Shown here: positions 21,329 to 25,459 of the stretch, piece by piece
Position numbering within the stretch: the first letter of the stretch is position 1
Layout: every line of letters begins with the position of its first letter
Source of the DNA: a virus
Virus record (IMG/VR): IMGVR_UViG_3300026625_000038
Location: 1-25,459 of that record
Strand: one strand, 5' to 3'
Length of the DNA: 25,459 nt
The notes under the pieces: model-generated
Told to the model about the DNA's origin: nothing
Database searches by the model: none
The model's input: only the letters and a program-made list of their open reading frames with translations
Program-made: the position numbers and the translations under genes

Positions 21329-22219
21329 TTATGAAATTTCATGAAGCCCAAACCCCATATCCTTTAATGCTGTATACCTCAAATCTTCATAATCTATTCT
21401 ATTTAAAACTTCTTCTTTATTCATTATAATATAATTATCTTTTTGCAACAACAGGAATTTTGTTCCCTCAAACAGGAATTTTGTTCCCTCATCAACTTCT
21501 GCTAAATTAGCATATGCATCACTATTTGTGGTAAACAGCATTGACTTTAATTTATTATCTTTTATATATTCTGTAAACCATTTAAGAAGCATTTGTAACC
21601 TTTTAGGGTGCAAGCTTAGTGTCTCGATATCATCTATTAGAAGTATATCTGGTTTATGATGATATACCAACCAAAGTAACTTTACCGTGTTACTAATACC
21701 TCTTCCTAAATTATCCAAATATGTTACATTATCACCGTTTTCATATAAAAAATCATCAACTACACGTATCACAGCACCATCAATAAGTCCTTTTATCATG
21801 TCATTGAACTTCATATCTTCATCATCAGGCTTAACAAATATACCGTAATGTGGTTGGTGAACCATTGTCCGAAAGGCGTAAGGATATATTATCATCACCT
21901 TATACTTAGTACTACCTTTACAATCATAATGATACATTTCAGAAAAAGGTGAAATAACAGAATTAAATGGAAGACGTGTTCTTTCTGCTTTAACATGTTC
22001 ACATTTTACTTCTTCATCGTTAATATTAACTGAAAAGTTTTCATAATTAATGCTACCTTTTGTATTTAAAATTGTAGAAATATTATCCTTATTCGTTAAT
22101 GCTATTCTCTCCAAAAACGCGGTTTTTCCGACTCCGTTATTACCAACTATAGCAACTGTAGATATATTTTCAAGCAATATGGAACGATTGTAATAAACTA
22201 CTAATAGTTTATTTAACAT
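21329..22219 (-). CDS. Minimal ABC-type / AAA_21-like ATPase (296 aa)
   Basis: Walker A VAIVGNNGVGKTAF, signature-like LGRGISNTVKLL, Walker B plus D-loop ILLIDDIETLSLHP, and an H-loop-like MLFTTNS. It contains an in-frame 21-bp tandem duplication. Confidence 0.85.
   Translation of the reverse strand: MLNKLLVVYYNRSILLENISTVAIVGNNGVGKTAFLERIALTNKDNISTILNTKGSINYENFSVNINDEEVKCEHVKAERTRLPFNSVISPFSEMYHYDCKGSTKYKVMIIYPYAFRTMVHQPHYGIFVKPDDEDMKFNDMIKGLIDGAVIRVVDDFLYENGDNVTYLDNLGRGISNTVKLLWLVYHHKPDILLIDDIETLSLHPKRLQMLLKWFTEYIKDNKLKSMLFTTNSDAYANLAEVDEGTKFLFEGTKFLLLQKDNYIIMNKEEVLNRIDYEDLRYTALKDMGFGLHEIS
21450..21491. repeat. Perfect 21-bp tandem duplication inside the ATPase gene
   Basis: aacaggaattttgttccctca occurs twice back to back, encoding EGTKFLF-EGTKFLL in frame. 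Confidence 0.95.
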
Positions 22220-22248
22220 AATCTTCTTCCCCTTAAATACAATAATCT

Positions 22249-22397
22249 TATGACAAATATAAATCGTTTAAAAAACTATTAACTTAAATTCTTCTCTTCT
22301 CATTTTTTTAGAATAAAAAACAACAAACATCTCACAAATATCCAATCTCTTTCCTTTCTTTGATTATAATCATAACAATACAATAAATTATAGATAA
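22249..22397. repeat. ~150-bp direct repeat, copy A (upstream region of the ATPase gene)
   Basis: Aligns by eye over ~150 bp with 23151-23298: tatgacaaatataaat...aaactattaacttaaattcttc...ttagaataaaaaa...tttgattataatca...caataaattatagata. Confidence 0.8.
22252..22266 (-). promoter_or_regulatory. TATA box + GTC promoter of the ATPase gene
   Basis: The minus strand reads cgatttatatttGTCataag. Confidence 0.55.
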
Positions 22398-22499
22398 CTA
22401 AACAAAAGAAACGAATAAGAAATTAATCTCTTGTTTAATCACAATAATGAAATAAATTATTGTTAAACGAAAACAAAAATATAAAAAAAGGAAATACCT

Positions 22500-22691
22500 T
22501 TAACTATTTTGACGTAATTTTAAATCCAATAACACAAGAAGTGGTATATAAACAAAAATATAACCCAATAACATTATAATACCCAAATAAAAAACGTCCC
22601 AATTCTTTGGTATTACATTAAAATACTCAAATATATAAAAAATAGTCAAAGGCAAAAATAAAAGAAAAAGGATTAAAATTATAGCTTTCAT
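22500..22691 (-). CDS. Small membrane protein (63 aa, two predicted TM helices)
   Basis: AIILILFLLFLPLTIFYIF and LGIIMLLGYIFVYIPLLVLL. Its ATG overlaps the stop of the upstream 145-aa gene (ATGA), implying translational coupling. Confidence 0.55.
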   Translation of the reverse strand: MKAIILILFLLFLPLTIFYIFEYFNVIPKNWDVFYLGIIMLLGYIFVYIPLLVLLDLKLRQNS

Positions 22692-23125
22692 TCTCCCACT
22701 GGTGGAATTAAATAATAACTTAAAGGCAAACTTCCAAGATTTACATATAAAATTTCTTTTATATTTTGTGGTAATCCATCAAGCATTGTAACCGGTTGTT
22801 TACCGCTGTATAGCACATATTCTTGGATTTGTTGTATAGCACCGTTTTTCTCTATACTTACAACACTTACTTTTATTTGAACATTAGCTAAATTACTGCG
22901 ATAAACTGAATACATTAAATATTTAGCGGGATATAAAAGGTAAGACCTTGTACCGTGCCTACCACTAGCAGTTAAATGTAACCGTGAACTTATAATTTTT
23001 TTAGTATTAAAACTTAATAATATGGTATCTGCGTACCCACCATGACTTGTATTTTTATAGTTAAAAAATACAAGTACTTTTTCTTTCTCATTACCGTTAC
23101 TTTTTTCTTCTATTTCCTTTTCCAT
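22688..23125 (-). CDS. Hypothetical protein (145 aa)
   Basis: Intact ORF with a TATA+GTC promoter (23154-23168) in a duplicated upstream region. No motif recognised. Confidence 0.68.
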   Translation of the reverse strand: MEKEIEEKSNGNEKEKVLVFFNYKNTSHGGYADTILLSFNTKKIISSRLHLTASGRHGTRSYLLYPAKYLMYSVYRSNLANVQIKVSVVSIEKNGAIQQIQEYVLYSGKQPVTMLDGLPQNIKEILYVNLGSLPLSYYLIPPVGE

Positions 23126-23150
23126 TCTCTTTCACGTGATATAATAGCTT

Positions 23151-23298
23151 TATGACAAATATAAATCCTTTTAAAAACTATTAACTTAAATTCTTCTTCC
23201 TCTATTTATTTAGAATAAAAAATAACAGACAACTCATAAATACCCAATTTTCTTCCTTTCTTTGATTATAATCAAATTAATGCAATAAATTATAGATA
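23151..23298. repeat. ~150-bp direct repeat, copy B (upstream region of the 145-aa gene)
   Basis: See copy A. The offset is ~902 bp. Confidence 0.8.
23154..23168 (-). promoter_or_regulatory. TATA box + GTC promoter of the 145-aa gene
   Basis: The minus strand reads ggatttatatttGTCataaag, a duplicate of the ATPase promoter. Confidence 0.55.
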
Positions 23299-23410
23299 GA
23301 AAAATAAAAGAAATGAGAATAAAGAGCAATAAAGATAACTAAAGAAATAAAATAAAGGAAAAACAGAAGATAAAAAAATAAAAAAAATAAAAAAAGATTA
23401 AATTAAAAAA

Positions 23411-24181
23411 TTAGTCTACCTTGCGTGTAGGAACCGGATGTGCCATTATGTAGTAGTTATTACTGTATAGGTCTGTCAATTTCTCTTCATGATCGGGTGA
23501 TTTGATAGTCAACATTACATACTCAGGCACATAAACTAAATACGCCAAACCCGGACTAGAATACAGATGATATAATTTTATATTGCCATTGCTTTCAATA
23601 ACGTGGTTATATATCTGAATATTCCTTGTTACTTCGAATTCATCAGGTCTGATATATTTCGGCGATGGAACATTATAGATAAATAAATGTCCTTGTTCTA
23701 CAATTTGTTCAAATTCATACAATTTACCTTTAACAAACTTATCATAAATTTCTATTGTGTAATTACTGTAACTAATTAGTAATTTTGAATTTGCTAACCC
23801 ATGATTTGTTAAAATGTTTGAAATAATATTTTTCATATCTTCTATATCTCTACTAATTTTGTTTCTTGAATAAACTGAAATCATAGACGCAATTGGCGTG
23901 TAATATATACCCCTACTTTCTTCAAGTTGATTATTTTGATATTTATAACAACCTTCAAAAGTCAACCCTGATCTTGATACATATTTTGCACAGTCTATAA
24001 AATAATCTGAAATTAATGAAATTTTTATTACTTGTCCCCATTTTGTTTTTAACATAAAAACAGTCGGCAGATAACTTATTTGTCTTAAAATTCTAACTTC
24101 ATACTTTTGCTCTCTTCCTTCTTGTTTTTGTTCTTGTTGTGTTTCTTGTGTTTCTTCTGTTTGTTTTTTCTCTCCTTCCAT
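23411..24181 (-). CDS. Right terminal gene, hypothetical protein (256 aa) with an acidic/Q-rich N-terminus
   Basis: Intact ORF. Its first 7 codons (MEGEKKQ) and promoter are ITR-encoded and identical to those of the left 84-aa gene. The remainder is unrelated. Confidence 0.75.
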   Translation of the reverse strand: MEGEKKQTEETQETQQEQKQEGREQKYEVRILRQISYLPTVFMLKTKWGQVIKISLISDYFIDCAKYVSRSGLTFEGCYKYQNNQLEESRGIYYTPIASMISVYSRNKISRDIEDMKNIISNILTNHGLANSKLLISYSNYTIEIYDKFVKGKLYEFEQIVEQGHLFIYNVPSPKYIRPDEFEVTRNIQIYNHVIESNGNIKLYHLYSSPGLAYLVYVPEYVMLTIKSPDHEEKLTDLYSNNYYIMAHPVPTRKVD

Positions 24182-25459
24182 TTCCCTTTACCTCACTCTA
24201 TATATCTCACTCCTCACTTTTAAATTTTTCTGTAAACTTATACACACAAATTTTTACCTTTACTACCTTTCTCCGTTTTTTAACCTTTTTAATCTTTTTC
24301 CAAAAGTAATACTTTGGAGAAATATACCTCTGCACGCCACAATTATAATTATAACTACTAACTAGTAACTAACTAATTATATAATATATAGCTTGCAAGC
24401 TGTAAATTAACAAATTACAAATTGCAAAACTTATTATTAAAATATTAAAACACTGCAAACTTGCAAACTATAAATAATTATAACTTATAACTATGCAATA
24501 TTGCAAATTAAAATTTAATATATAATAACAATAAAATAATAATAATAAAAAAAACGATAACCTACACTACTTATAACAAATGCGTTTTTTTAGTATATAA
24601 ACCTAACTACACCACTTAATTGTATTACCCATGCAAAAATGTAAAACAGTATAACTAAAGCGTGAAAAAATTTTGCATGTAAAAGGTGAAAAATTTTTGC
24701 AAGTGCAAAGTATTAAACGCTTGCAAGTTTGCAAACCATAAAACTAAAAAGTTTTTACATCATGCGTTTAAATAAAAAGTTTACAAGTTTGCGAGTTGTA
24801 AAGTTAAAAGTTATGTAATTACGTAAGATGTTTAGTAACTTTATAATTCTCGCAAGAAAAATGTCTGGTTCCGCCTAATTAACAACTAACAATATAACTA
24901 GCTTATAGTTACGAATTTGCTAATATGTTTAGTAACTATTAGTTTTAAATATATGTCTGGTTCCGCCATATTATATAATATATAATTAACAAGTTGCTAA
25001 TTACAAACTTAGCCAAAATTGTAAAATATATTACTAGCAAATTATTAATTAAAGCTTTCAAATATATGATTTTTACGATTTTTAAATAAATAAAGTTAAA
25101 CATTTGCAAATATATTATTTCCAGTTTTTACGGTTAAATCTAATAATAATCTAATATGGATACTTTATTACAATTTATGAAATTGTATAGCTCCGAATTT
25201 TTTATTTAAATTTGCAAATAAATCAAGATAAAATATAAATAGCAATTTATATATTAATAATTTTTATAGCACCCCAAAAAAATTTAATAAAAAACCCAAT
25301 TTAAAATGATTTGCAAACTTTTAATTTTATGCAAATTTAAGATATTTTGGAAAATTTTGAAATAATTGATTTTTAAAATATTATTAAAAATATAAAAACA
25401 AATGGTTTTTACGATATTTTTTGAATTTACCCCCCAAAATCACATAAAAACAAATTACC
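24160..25459. repeat. Right inverted terminal repeat (ITR), ~1300 bp
   Basis: Reverse complement of 1-1300. Divergence begins at 24159, corresponding to left nt 1301. Confidence 0.97.

Noticed and set aside
1-25459. Mobile elements, integrase, transposase, rRNA, tRNA
   Set aside because: No DDE, tyrosine or serine recombinase motifs appear in any ORF, and there are no structured RNA-like GC-rich segments of suitable length. The only repeats are the ITRs, promoter modules and sub-terminal motifs.

Overview
This window appears to be a complete linear dsDNA genome (25,459 bp, very AT-rich) of a rod-shaped crenarchaeal virus of the family Rudiviridae (SIRV/ARV/SRV-like). The first ~1300 nt are the near-perfect reverse complement of the last ~1300 nt, forming inverted terminal repeats (ITRs). 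Recognisable rudiviral genes: the 134-aa major capsid protein, a 121-aa Holliday junction resolvase, a small HUH Rep, two GT-B glycosyltransferases, an FkbM-type methyltransferase, the ssDNA-binding / 436-aa / Cas4-like nuclease operon, a ~1060-aa terminal-fibre protein, two further large structural proteins, a DUF1874 (AcrIII-1) ring-nuclease anti-CRISPR, and several small HTH/RHH regulators. Two of the RHH genes are too short for the supplied ORF track. No rRNA, tRNA, CRISPR array, integrase or transposase is visible. Points worth a second look: (1) the ITR ends inside the two terminal genes, which share a promoter, 7 codons and the sequence just after the stop codon but encode unrelated proteins; (2) the right arm (20.3-24.2 kb) holds genes I cannot place, including a minimal ABC/AAA_21-type ATPase with an in-frame 21-bp tandem duplication, two small membrane proteins and three unknown proteins, driven by duplicated ~150-bp upstream regions that carry a perfect 12-bp palindrome; (3) an 88-aa gene plus RHH operon has acr-aca-like architecture; (4) a ~26-bp dyad promoter module occurs about 10 times, including 3x and 2x tandem arrays. 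All functional calls rest on motif recognition by eye, not database searches.
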